Positions 13,101-25,600 of a stretch of 64,000 nt of DNA are shown in pieces. Where the stretch lies: NCBI RefSeq assembly GCF_028641065.1, contig NC_073404.1, positions 12,586,001 through 12,650,000 on the forward strand. The letters run 5' to 3'. This DNA comes from Leucoraja erinacea. Lineage: Eukaryota. The translations under genes were made by a program, and so were the position numbers. Each line of letters begins with the position of its first letter. The stretch's first letter is position 1. The notes beneath the pieces were generated by a model. It was given only the letters and a program-made list of their open reading frames with translations. It had not been told where the DNA came from and did no database searches.

Positions 13101-16100
13101 CATCGAATTAGTGTGAATAGGTTTAGTTTTTTCCCCTTTAGCTTAGACCAGAGACACAGCGAGGAAACTGATCCTTTTGCCCACTGAGTCCACATCGACC
13201 AGCGATCCCCACACACTAACATTATCCTTCACATCGATGGTTAGCATGGATTCGGTGGACCGAAGGGCCTATTTCCATGATGTCTCTCTGAACCAAACCA
13301 TTTCCTTGCCTGTTGCGATGCAGGTTCTTGAAGCTGAAACATTAAACGTGTCTCTCTCCACAGATACTGTCTGACCCGCTGAGTGTTTCCTGCAATCTCC
13401 TGCGTTGATTCCCGGAAGGGTGGATTGGTGTAGTGTGAAGGGGTGAACGTGTCAGCGGGAGGGTTGCCTTCATGAACCGGCCTTGTCATCTGTGTCCTGC
13501 CCAGGTTGATGATGGGCTTCATGGGCGTGACGGCGTTCCTCTCCATGTGGATCAGTAACACGGCCACCACCGCCATGATGGTACCCATCGCCCAGGCCGT
13601 GCTGGACCAGCTCAACACCACCGGCACACAGCCGGGAGATCCAGAGCAGGGACACGGACAGACCGCCAGAGGCCAGGAACTGGAGGAGAAGGATTCCACA
13701 GTTGAAGGGATTCAACCAGGTGGGTGACACCTCCCTGTGGGGAATGAGGAACTCAGTGTGATATGTGAGGTGATGACCTCTCTGTGATGTGTGGGAAACA
13801 AGGGGGGGGGGGGGGGGGGCTTCCTGTGGGGTATATGGGGAATGTGGATCGCCATGTGAGGTCGAAGGGTATGTGGGGAATTAGAGCCTTGGTGTGGGGT
13901 ATGTGAGGAGTAAGGAACTCTCTGTGGGGTATGTGGACCACAGGTTCTCCTGCCAGACACCGCCACCCACTCTCGGTTCAGAGGCTTGGGTCCTCCCCGC
14001 CCAGAGCAGATGATCCTGGATCTTCTGACCACATGATGGGCTTGGTCAGGGGGTCCGCAGATGCTGGGCTCCCCTGTCCCACCATGCCTGGACCTCTGCC
14101 CAGCCCCTCCTCAGCTGAGGGTGGGTTATGAGCTGTGTAGGAAGGAACTGCAGGTGTTGGTTTAAACCGAAGATATACACAAAAAGCCGGAGTAACTCAC
14201 CGGGACAGACAGCATCTCTGAAGAGTAGGAATTGGTGACGTTTTGGGTCGAGACCCTTCTTCAGACTTCTATTCTGAGGAAGGTTCTCGACCCAAAACGT
14301 CATCCATTCCTTCTCTCCAGAGATGCTGCCTGTTCAGCCTTTGTTACTTAGATTACTGAGACGCGCCGGCCCAAACAACCGCACCGCAGACTGGAACGCG
14401 CCTCGTTCGGCCCGACTCGCCCCACAGGGGTTTAAGAGGGAACTGCAGATGCTGGAGAATCGAAGGTTACACAAAAAAGCTGGAGAAACTCAGCGGGTGC
14501 AGCAGCATCTATGGAGCGAAGGAAATAGGGTTTCGGCCCGAAACGTTGCCTATTTCCTTCGCCCCACAGGGGACCGCGGTGAAGCCGGGCGGCGAGGCCT
14601 GCCTGGGCCAAAGGAACCTCAGCGGCGGTGGCGATGGGAGCCTCGGCGGTGGCAGCGGGAGCTTCGACGTAGAAGGCGATGGGGCAACGGCGGCAGCGTG
14701 AACTTCTGCTGCAACAGGAGCCTCGGCGGTGGTGGGGCCTCGGCGGGCGGCAGCGAGAACCTCGCGATCAACCCGCGATCAATGGTCAATGAGCGTGGGG
14801 GGGGGGGGGGGGGGGGAGAGAGACTTTGGGGGCCGACATGGGGGGACCGAAATAAGGGATGGTGGGAGAACAAGAGGGGGGGAGGTGAGAGGGTTTGCGG
14901 ATATGTATGTAGAGTAAGTGACAAAGGCTGGAGATGGGGACTTGGAGTCGCCATCTGAACATGTGAGCAAACACAGCTGAGGACAATACAACTGCTTGTT
15001 ATGTCAGCATGGAGGGCATAGCTTTCAGGTGAGAGGGCAAACTTTAAAGAAAATGCGCGGGGCAAGTCTTCCACTGAAAGTTGTGGGTGCCTGGAATGTT
15101 CTGCTGGGGGTGGTGGTGGAGGCAGATACAATGCAGGGATATGGATGATGTGCAGGCCGAAGAGATTAGTCTAACGTGGCATCACGTTTCGCATGGACAC
15201 TGTGGGCTGAAGGGTCTGTTCCTGTTCTATGTTGTGTGTTGCTGCCTGATCGGGTGTCTTGTACCTCCTTGCTGTAGCTCTGATCTCTCCGGTGATGCAG
15301 ACTCAGGACGCTGACGTGGAGATGAAGGTGTCTGCGGTCCCGCACAGCGATGCGCAGAGAGAGCAGCAGCGGCTACGGAAGATGCTCTCTCTGGCCGTCT
15401 GCTACTCCGCCAGTATCGGGGGCACGGCCACTCTCACTGGCACCGGCCCCAACCTGGTGCTGAAGGGGCAGTTCAGCCAGTGAGTGCTCCCCCCCCACCC
15501 CCCCGTCGCCCCGAGCCGCCTTCAGTCACAGGCCCTTTGGCCCAACTCGTCCCTGCTGACCAACTTACCCCATCTCTGCTAGTCCCAGCTGCCTGTGTTT
15601 GGTCGTATCCCTCTAAACCTTTGTTATCCATGAACCTGTCCAAATGCTTTTTTAATAATGTCATAGTACCTGCCACAACTATCTCCTCTAGCAGATCGTT
15701 CCACATACACATCTCCCTCAGTGTTAAAAGGTTTCCCCTCAGGTTCCCATTTAATCTTCCCCCCACCGTAAACCTGTGTCCTCTGGGTTTTAATTCCCCA
15801 ATGCTGGGTAAAAGACTGGGCATTCACACTATCTATTAACCTATACACCTCTATACGTTCACCCCTTAGCCTCATGCGTTTTAAGGAATTAAGTCCCAGT
15901 CTGCCCAACCTCCCCCTATAACTCAGGCCCCTGGGTCCTTGACGCACTCTTGTGAATCTTATCTGCACTCTTTCCACTTTAATGACATCTTTCCTACAAC
16001 AGGGTGGCCAAAACTGAACGTAATGTTCCAAGTGCGACCTCACCAATATCTTGTACAACTGTAACGTAATGTCCCAGCTTCTATACTCAATGCCCTGACT

Positions 16101-19100
16101 GATGAAGGTCAGCGTGCAAAAAGGCCTTCCTCACCATCTTTCCTACCAGTGACACCATTTTCAGGTTGCCTCGGTCATATCTCAAACTCTCCTGTCGCCA
16201 GTCCACTGCCACAATGACCGCGTCATCTTGTCTAATCAGTAGCAGAAGGAGAGCACTCCCCTCTCTCTCTCCTCCTTTCTCTCCACCCTGTCTTTCCCCC
16301 ATCTCTCTCTCCGNNNNNNNNNNNNNNNNNNNNNNNNNNNNNNNNNNNNNNNNNNNNNNNNNNNNNNNNNNNNNNNNNNNNNNNNNNNNNNNNNNNNNNN
16401 NNNNNNNNNNNNNNNNNNNNNNNNNNNNNNNNNNNNNNNNNNNNNNNNNNNNNNNNNNNNNNNNNNNNNNNNNNNNNNNNNNNNNNNNNNNNNNNNNNNN
16501 NCCTCCCCCACCCCCCTCCCCCCCCCCCCCTCCCCCTCTCCCCCTCCCTCTCTCCCTCCCCTCTCCCCCCCTCTCCACCTCCCTTCCCCCCTTCTTCCCG
16601 CCCCTCCTCCCCCCCTCCTCCCTCCCCTACCCCCCCCCCCTCCCTCTCCCCCCCCCCCCCTCCCCCCACCTTTCTCCATCCCCCCTCTCTCTCCCCCCCC
16701 CTTTCTCTCTCATGTCTCACTCCCCCCCTCTCTCTGTGTCCCCACCCCCCCCCCCATGTTCTCTCAGACGGGGTGATGGAACTCGATGATTCCCTCCTGA
16801 CTGAATGCTTGTGGTTTTGAAGGATCTTCCCCGACAATGGAGATGTGATCAACTTTGCCTCCTGGTTTGGCTTTTCCTTCCCGAACATGCTGATCATGCT
16901 GACCTGCTGCTGGCTCTGGCTGCACCTGCTATTCCTGGGAGTGAAGTGAGTGACACCACGGAGCGCGAACCCTGGCTAGTCTGTCACCGAGCTGCAGCCC
17001 ATTGCGTTTGTGTGGTTTGATGCATTGGTTGTGTGTGGACGAGCATTCACCAGGTGGGCTGGGATGGGTGGGTGGGTGGTTGCGACGCGGCGGGTGGAGC
17101 AGGAGCCTAGCGGCAGGTGAAGCCTGCGATGTGGGATAAACCAGCCAGCGTGGACCCAGGGGACCAGAACCACCCTCGTCCCTGCCGGAAATGTCAGGGA
17201 GCAGGGCCTGTTGTAAAAGTCTCTCAGCGTTTTTACTGTTTGTTTCATCTGCAGTTTTGGGAGGTTGCGGATGGACAAATCGCCGAGGGAGCAGGCGGCC
17301 TACGGCATTATCCAGGGGGAATACAGCAAGCTGGGTCTCATGTCCTTCGCTGAGAAGCTGGTCCTCGGCCTCTTCATCCTGCTGATAACCCTCTGGTTCA
17401 CCAGGGAGCCGGGCTTTGTGCGCGGCTGGGGCTCCATCTTCAACTGGGAAGGCAAGAAGTAAGTCCCAACACCGGACACAACAGCAGCTGAAGGACACAC
17501 AGTGCTGGAGTAACACAACAGGTCAGGCAGCATCTCTGGAGATCATGATCACGTTAAGGGTCTTGACCCGAAATATTTCCTATCCATGTTCAGAGATGGT
17601 GCCTGATCTACTGAGTTACTCCAGCACTCGGTGTCCCTTTGTGTATTGAGCGGCAAAAAGTTCATAAGTTCGTTGCACCATTTGGTGGCACAGCGGTAGA
17701 GTTGCTGTCTTACATTGCCAGAGTCCTGGGTTCGATCCTGACTACGGGAGCTTGTCTCTACGGGGTTTGTACGTTCTCCCCGTGACTGCGTGGGTTTTCT
17801 CCGGGAGTTCCGGTTTCCTCGCACGCTCCAAAGACGTGCAGATTTGTAGGGTAAATGTGTAGGAAAGAACTACAGATGCTGGTTTAAACCAAAGGTAGAC
17901 TCAAAATTTGGAATAACTCAGAGGGTCAAACAGCATCTCTGGAGAAAAGGAATATGTGATGTTTTGGCTCATGGTCTGAAGAAGGATCTCGACCCGAAAT
18001 GTCACCTATTCCTTTTCTATAGAGATGTTGTCTGGCCCGCTGAGTTACTCCAGCTTTTTGTGTCTATCTCAGGTTTGTACGTCAATTGGTTTGGTAGAAT
18101 TGTAAATTGTCCCTCGTGTGTATAGGACAGTGTAAATGTGCGGGGATCGCTGGTCGGCGCGGTCAGAAGGGCATAAGTGATAGGAGCAGAATAAGGCCAA
18201 TCGGCCCATCAAGTCTACGCCATTCAATCGTGGCTGAACTATCTCTACCTCCTAACCCAATTCTCCTGTCTCCCTCCCATAAACCTTGACACCCGTACTT
18301 ATCAAGAATCCATCTATCTCTGCCTTAAAAAATACCCATTGCCTTGGCTTTATGTGGCAAAGAATTCCACAGATTCACCACCCTCTGACTAAAGAAATTA
18401 AAGGTCTGGCAGCAGCCGTGGAGAGAATGGACAGTCGCTGTTTCACGTTAGGACACTTTGTCAGTTTGACGAGGGGTCCCAACCCGAAACATCGTCTGTC
18501 CATTCCCCTACACAGATGCTGCCTGACGTGCTGAGTTCCTCCAGCACTTTGTGTTTGGCTCCAGTTTCCAGCATCCGCAGTTCCTTTTGTCTCCCCATTC
18601 TTAATCTCCAACCCTGTGCAACAGAGGCCAAGAGCTGTTTATTTTCATCACGAGCTGGACTTGATCGCTGCTGTTTGCGCTTCATGTGCTGAACACGCCA
18701 TTCCTGCTGAACTTCACTGACCGTCACTCTTAGTTTAGATAATAATCATAATCATCATCTGGCTCCATTTACTTCACACCTCCTTCCATTTGCCACTCTT
18801 TTTCTAACTTAATCCACAATGTTATGTATAATTAAAGCAGAGATAGACAGATTCTTGATTAGTACCGGGGTCAGGGGTTATGGGGAGAAGGCAGGAGAAT
18901 GGTGTTGAGAGAGCGATCAGCCACAATTGAATGGCTGAGTAGACACGACGGGCCGAATGGCCTAATTCTTCTCCTAGAACTTGTGAATTTTATGCCGGTT
19001 AATACATAAAAAGGACACAGAGTGCTGGAGTAACTCAGCAGGTCAGGCACCATCTCTGGAGAACATGGATGTTTTGGGTCGAGACCTTTAACGTGACCAT

Positions 19101-19665
19101 GTTCTCCAGAGATGCTGCCTGACCTGCTGTGTTACTCCAACACTGTGGCAGGGCTGGAGGGATGGTAGGGGGTCCACACCCGCTTCCACACAGTTGCAGT
19201 CCTGTGACTGCCTGTCTCTGCCTCCCACAACAAGCTGCCAGGTCGCAGTGCCGGGCAGTGGCCGGGTGCCAGCATTGTAAGCTGGCCTTGCCCACTCTGC
19301 CACCCAGACAGTCTCATAGCCCAGAACTGGAGCCGGAAGATTCTGAGTCTCAGGCTCAGTGCCCTCCCCCAGCTTGGCAGCGGAGCCAGGGCCGGAACAA
19401 TGAACAAGGCAGCGATTCATGCTGCGGAGATAATAGACTGGGAGCTCATCTAGTGTTAGTGGGGGGTGTGGGAANNNNNNNNNNNNNNNNNNNNNNNNNN
19501 NNNNNNNNNNNNNNNNNNNNNNNNNNNNNNNNNNNNNNNNNNNNNNNNNNNNNNNNNNNNNNNNNNNNNNNNNNNNNNNNNNNNNNNNNNNNNNNNNNNN
19601 NNNNNNNNNNNNACATCCACATGCACATGCCCACATGCACGCACACTCACGCCTACACACACACG

Positions 19666-19698
<33 letters not shown>

Positions 19699-22600
19699 TG
19701 TGGCTGGTTACAAAGTGAAAGTGGTGGGACCGTGCCTGTGCCCGGCACGGCTCCATTCCCAGGCTCTCGCTGTCCCGCCTCGTGCCATTGATTAGCTCCC
19801 AAGCTTCGAAAGCTGTGGCCAGGAGAAAAAACTTGAAGAAATTTGGAACCTCGGAATACAAACTGGCAGGTCCTAATGTTGCCACGACAACCGTGTACAT
19901 GACTTTATCACCAGCAAAGAGGATCTGAACAGCACCGAAGAAGATGATGACCCGATGGCCAAACTGATGGGGCAGAAGATTGTGTCGTGGCGAATCTGTA
20001 AAGGCGACCACTGGACCACACGCTGCCCGTATAAGGACACCCCGGGACCCATGCAGAAGGAGCAGGCCGAGCAGTTGGGGCTTGCCACAGCCGATAAGGA
20101 GAAAGGATCAGATCCTCAACCAGCTCAGAGATACCAACTGGCAAATATGTTCCACCCTGCCTGCGAGATGGAGCCATTCGCCGGGGAGAGTCAATGCAGG
20201 CTAATCGCAGAGCGGGTGACAATGCCACGATCCGACACAATCACCAATCTCTCAGAGGAGGTGGACCCACATGAGACCGACCTGCAGGAACTCTTCAGAC
20301 CATTTGGTGGGGAGTACAGCACAGGAGCAGGCCCTTCTGCCGACAGTGTCGGTGCTGAACATGATGCCAAGTTCAACTAACCACCTCTTCAGCACGTGAT
20401 CCATATCTCTCCAGTCCCTGCATATCCATGTGCCTATCTAAAAGCCTCTTAGTGGCACAGTGGTAGAGTTGCTGCCTCACATCGCTAGAGACCCAGGTCC
20501 GATCCTGACTACGTGTGTTGTCTATACGTAGTGTGTATGTTCCCCCCGTGACCCCATGGGGTTTTCTCCGGTACCTCCCACACTCCAAAGACGTGCAGGG
20601 TTGTAGGTTAATTGGCTTCTGCGAACCAATCTAAAGTGTTGGTGTTCGGGTGATCACTGGTCAGCACGGACTCGATGGGCTGAAGGGCCTGTTTCCACAC
20701 TGTATCTCTAAAGCTTTAACGTCACTGTGATATCTGCCTCCCCCTGGCAGTGTGTTCCAGGCACCCACCACCCTCTGTGGGAATATACTTGCCCTGCAAT
20801 CTTTTTTAAGCTTTGTACCTCTAATGTTAAAGCCATGCCCTCTAGTCTCTTACATTTCCAGCCTAGGGAAAAGATTCTGACAACTACCTGGTCTTTGTCT
20901 CTTGTAATGTTATAAACCTCTGTCAGAACCCCCATCAATTTCCAGCACTTCAAGGAAAACAATTTTGTTTAACGAAGTTTGTCCAACTCTCCTTAGACCT
21001 GGTATCCTCTAATACAGGCAGCATTCTGGTAAACCTTGTCAGCTCCCTCTTCAAAGCCTCCACATACTTCCTGTAATGGGGCGACCAGAACTGCACACAA
21101 TTCTCCACATGCAGCCTCATTAAAGTCCTATACAGCTGCAACATGACTTCCTCACTCAATGGCCCGACCAATGAAGGCAAGCATACCGTACACCTTCTTA
21201 TCGCGATCTCCTGTGTTGCTACTTATAGGGATCTGTAGACTTGAACCTCGAGATCAATCCACCAACGGTGCTGTTAAAGATCTTGCCGTTAACTGGACAC
21301 TTTCCCCTTACATTCGACTCCCAAAGTGCAATACCTGACACTTGCTCGGATTAAACTTGCGTCATAAAAAGGAACTACAGCTGCTAGTTTATACCAAAGT
21401 TTAGACACAACAAGCTGGTGTAACTTAGTGGGTCAGGCAGCATCTTTGGTGAAAAGGGATGAGTGACGTTTCAGGTCGGGACCCTTCTTCAGACTGTTTC
21501 TAGGGGTGGAGGAACCGGAAACAAGAAAAGACCAGCCTGATCAGGGCCGGCAAGAGATGTCCTCAGGCAGGGTGGTTCCCCGACAGGCCAGCTGTTGGTT
21601 GTGGATGGTGTGATCCCACACACTCTCAGTCGGGACCACTGCCAGTGACCAGATCACAGGCCCCCGTGTCCCTAGTGCCCTGGACATGTCCTGCCAGCTG
21701 CACATTAACCGACCTCTGTTTGTTTCAGGTTTGTAACCGACGCCACAGTGGTGATGTTCATCACATTCCTCATGTTTATAATGCCGTCTCACAGGCCACG
21801 GCTCAAGGGCTGGGCCTGGAACAGGACAGTGGAGGCTGAGCCGGGTAAGTGTCTGCCAGAGGACCAGTGATCGGGAGCACAGTGTCCAGAGGCCCCAGTG
21901 TCCATCAGTTTGTGCTGTGGCCCCAGTGTGTGGAGGTGCAATGCTTGGTTTCTCTGTCCAGAGGCCCCGGGTGTAAAGGGCCAGTGCCCAGATGTTTTTC
22001 TATCCAGTGGTCCCAATGTCTGTCCAGTGGCCCAGTGTTCACAGGCCATTGTCCATAGGTCTACTATTCCCGGTGGTCCCATGGTGAGTTGTTGATTCAG
22101 GTAGTGTGGCCTCACTCCGCCCGCTGACCTCCATCACAGGGTCATCGAGCTGTACAGCACGGAAACAGGCCCTTCAGCCCACATTGTCCATGCTGACCAA
22201 GTTGGCATCCTGGACTGGGCCCATTGCCTACATTTGTTCCAGAGCCCTCTCAATCCTTCCTATCCACATATTGAGGCAGTAGAGTGGTGCAGCTGGTAGA
22301 GCCACTGCCTCACAGTGCCAGAGACTTGTGTTATGTGTAAGGAAATTGGGAATATCTGGGAAGAGGACATTTTACGGCGTTGGGTGGAGTAACAAATGTG
22401 GGCACTTCTGTACCATGAGGGTAACATCACTCAGACAAGAGCCCTTGCTCACAATCCCAATCCCACCACCTCTGCCCTGCCACTAATACATTGGCCATGC
22501 TGTCCTTCCTTCCTCCACAGGCATTGACTCCAGGGAGCGGAAGGATCACCGCTCTGGCCGGCTCCTGGAATGGAAAGAGGTCCAGCGGAAGCTGCCCTGG

Positions 22601-25600
22601 AATGTGGTGCTGCTGCTGGGAGGAGGCTTTGCCCTGGCCAAAGGATGTGAGGTAGCACTGACAACTAGACACTGCCGGTCCCAGCGATCACACACCCACG
22701 CCCCCCACCCCCTCACCATTGGTTTCACAAGCTGCATGAATCAGCTTTCCACAGTCTCCTTGTGTGTGGAGTCCGCACGTTCTCCCTGTGACCCGGGTGC
22801 TCCGGTGTGTTTGTCCTCTGTAATTTGCCCCTAGTCTGTGGGTGAGAGGTAATATCTGGGGGGGGGGGGGGGGGGGGTAATAGAATTGTGGAGAGACATG
22901 ATGGCGCAGAGGTCGAGCTCCGACCTTACAGCGCCAGAGACCCGGGTTTGATCCTGAGTAAGGGTGCTGTCTGTATGGCGTCTGTATGGAGTTTGTACGC
23001 GCTCCCCTGTGACATGCGTGGGTTTTCTCCCGCCCTCCAAAGACACCTACGTTTGTGGGTTAATAGGCTTGGTATAAATGTATAAATGTTTAAATGCCCA
23101 GAGTGTGTGTAGCGAAGTGTTAATGTACGGGGGTGGGTGTGGAAGGGCCGACGGGCCTCTTTCGGCGCTGTATCTCTAAACTAATCGAAAAATAAGGAAA
23201 CAAATTAGATCAGTGTAGGATTAGTGCAAGTGGGTAGATTCTGGTTGGCACCGACTTGGTGGGCCGAAGGGCCTGTTTCTATGCTGTAGCTCTCTATGGT
23301 ATGCTCACTTTACTTGTAAAGGCATTGAGTATAAGCATCAAGAAGTCATGATGCTGCTTGCTAAGACGTTGTTTAGGCTGCATTTGGAGTATTGTGTGCT
23401 GTTCAGGTCTCCCCCATTACAGGGAAGATGACAAGGCTTAGGAGAGGGCGCAGAAAATATTTCCCGGGAAGCCGCCTGGATTTGAGTCTATTAGCTGTAC
23501 GGAGATGTTGGACAAACGTATTGTTTTCTCTGCAACCCAGTAGGTCAAGGGAAGACCCGATAGAAAATTATAACATTATGAGAAGCCTGGACAGGATAGA
23601 CAATCAGAACCTTTTATCCCCAGATGAAAATATCAAAGATGAGAACATAATTTGAAGGTGAAAGGGGCAGTTTATAGGAGATATGTGGAGCAAGTTTTTT
23701 TACACAGAGGGTGGTGGGTGCCAGGAAAGCACTGCCAGGGGTGGTGTTGGAAGCATATACAATTGTGATCTTTAAGAGGGTTTTAGATGCGTGGATATGC
23801 AGGGAATGGGAGGGGGGGGGGGGTCAAGTGTAGGCACAGGAGATTAGTTTAGTTGGTATCATGTTGGGCATGGACATTGCGGGCTGGTCATCCTGTTCCT
23901 GTGCTGTGCCAGTCTATATAACACACAAGATATTATCTTATGACAGATGTATAGTTGCTGCCACGTTTAATTTACATTCCATAATTCATGATCAGTTGAA
24001 CTAAAACAACCCGCTGGCTCCCAGCCCAGCGCCAGTGACCCGATACATGAACAGTGAGCATGTGGTGTCCTGGCGCATTTAAACTTGCCTCTTTCCCAGT
24101 GGCTGGCATTTTCCTGTAGCTTTCCGTCTGAAGAAGGGTCTCGACACGAAATGTCACCCATTCCTTCTCACCAGAGATGCTGCCTATCTCCCTGTGTTGC
24201 TCCAGCATTTTGTATCTATCTCTGGGTTTGTGGTATTAGCCAGCCAGCTCCTCACTATCCTCTTTTTAATATAAAACAATATTTAATTATCATATTAAAA
24301 ATATATTTACAAACCAAAACAGTGGTAACACACCCACGACCATAATACAAAATCACCGAATTATCTAATCACTAAATTTTAAAATAACTAAAGCACTATT
24401 GTTGTCAAGTAGCAATGTTACAAAATTTTGAGATTTAAAAAATCAAGTCTGCAATTTATCCCATCAGATAAAGCATAACAATAAGTTTAATTTGACACCT
24501 AATTCACTTTCATATCTCAAGTAATAAAAAGGTTATGGCCATTTTCATACTCGGAAATTAGCATCTTGTTCCCTATTGATTTTCTATGGACATAACAAAA
24601 AAGCTGTGATCGTGGACAGTCAAAAGCCCATAACCTTCTTAAAAATTAAGAGAACTGAATGAAATTTTCAGTTATCATAGATTGAAGCATTCTGAAACAA
24701 ATATAAAATAATCTTACTTGGATGACCTGAAATTAAAGCATATAATTAGTTAGTTACCCAATTGTAGCTAATTTCAAACTTCAATCACTAGATCTAAACA
24801 TCTATCCATTTTTTAATAAATGATTAACATTTTTAAATAGCCTAAGTGTCCAAATAATATTCACAAATAATTCACAATAAAACATGATTTTTAAATCTCA
24901 TTTACATCAATTTATAGGCCAAATGGAAGGAATTTAGTATTCATTTGCTGTAAATTAAAGTCAATTTAAATCGGCTTTCTAGTGGGTTCCTGTGAACGCG
25001 CTGGTTTAGAACGTTCACATTGCGCTGGATTTGTGCCCTCAAGTGCCCAGAAAAATACTGCGGGATATAAAGAGCCCAAAATGAACTACTCGCTATAGAA
25101 AACTTTATATACAGGGTTATATACAAGCCCCATTTAATGTAAAAATAAGGTACATACCTTTAATTGTTTGCTTTATAAAACCCTGGGGCTGCGAGAGGTT
25201 GCGGAGTGAGAGAGTGATTTTTAAACTACTATAAATATTATACAAGGCCATAAAAACTAATAATACCTTTTGCGACGGGGTCTTTCAGCGATTTTCCGTT
25301 AATGATTTACTAGGCTGAACATTTTCGATTGGAACAGCCTAGTAAAAATCGCGTTTTAAACCCGCCCCCTCTAAACAGCGCCAAAATCACACACACGGGG
25401 TAGGGCAGATGCTCAGCCACGATTCAGGTAGGTTTTGTAACATACCTATGTCAAGAATACATTCCACCGTCCGCGGTTCCCAGCGGTCCTGGAAACTGCA
25501 AAATGGCGGCACCCTGTACGGCAGCGGCTACTCCAGCTCCCGATAGCGATGTGCGTTTTATGTTTAATATGTTGTCTGTACCGTCACAGTCTTGTGCGAG

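Noticed and set aside
17684-17760. tRNA-like A/B boxes as tRNA genes
   Set aside because: They continue into the SINE core and tail and have many degenerate copies; they are SINE heads.
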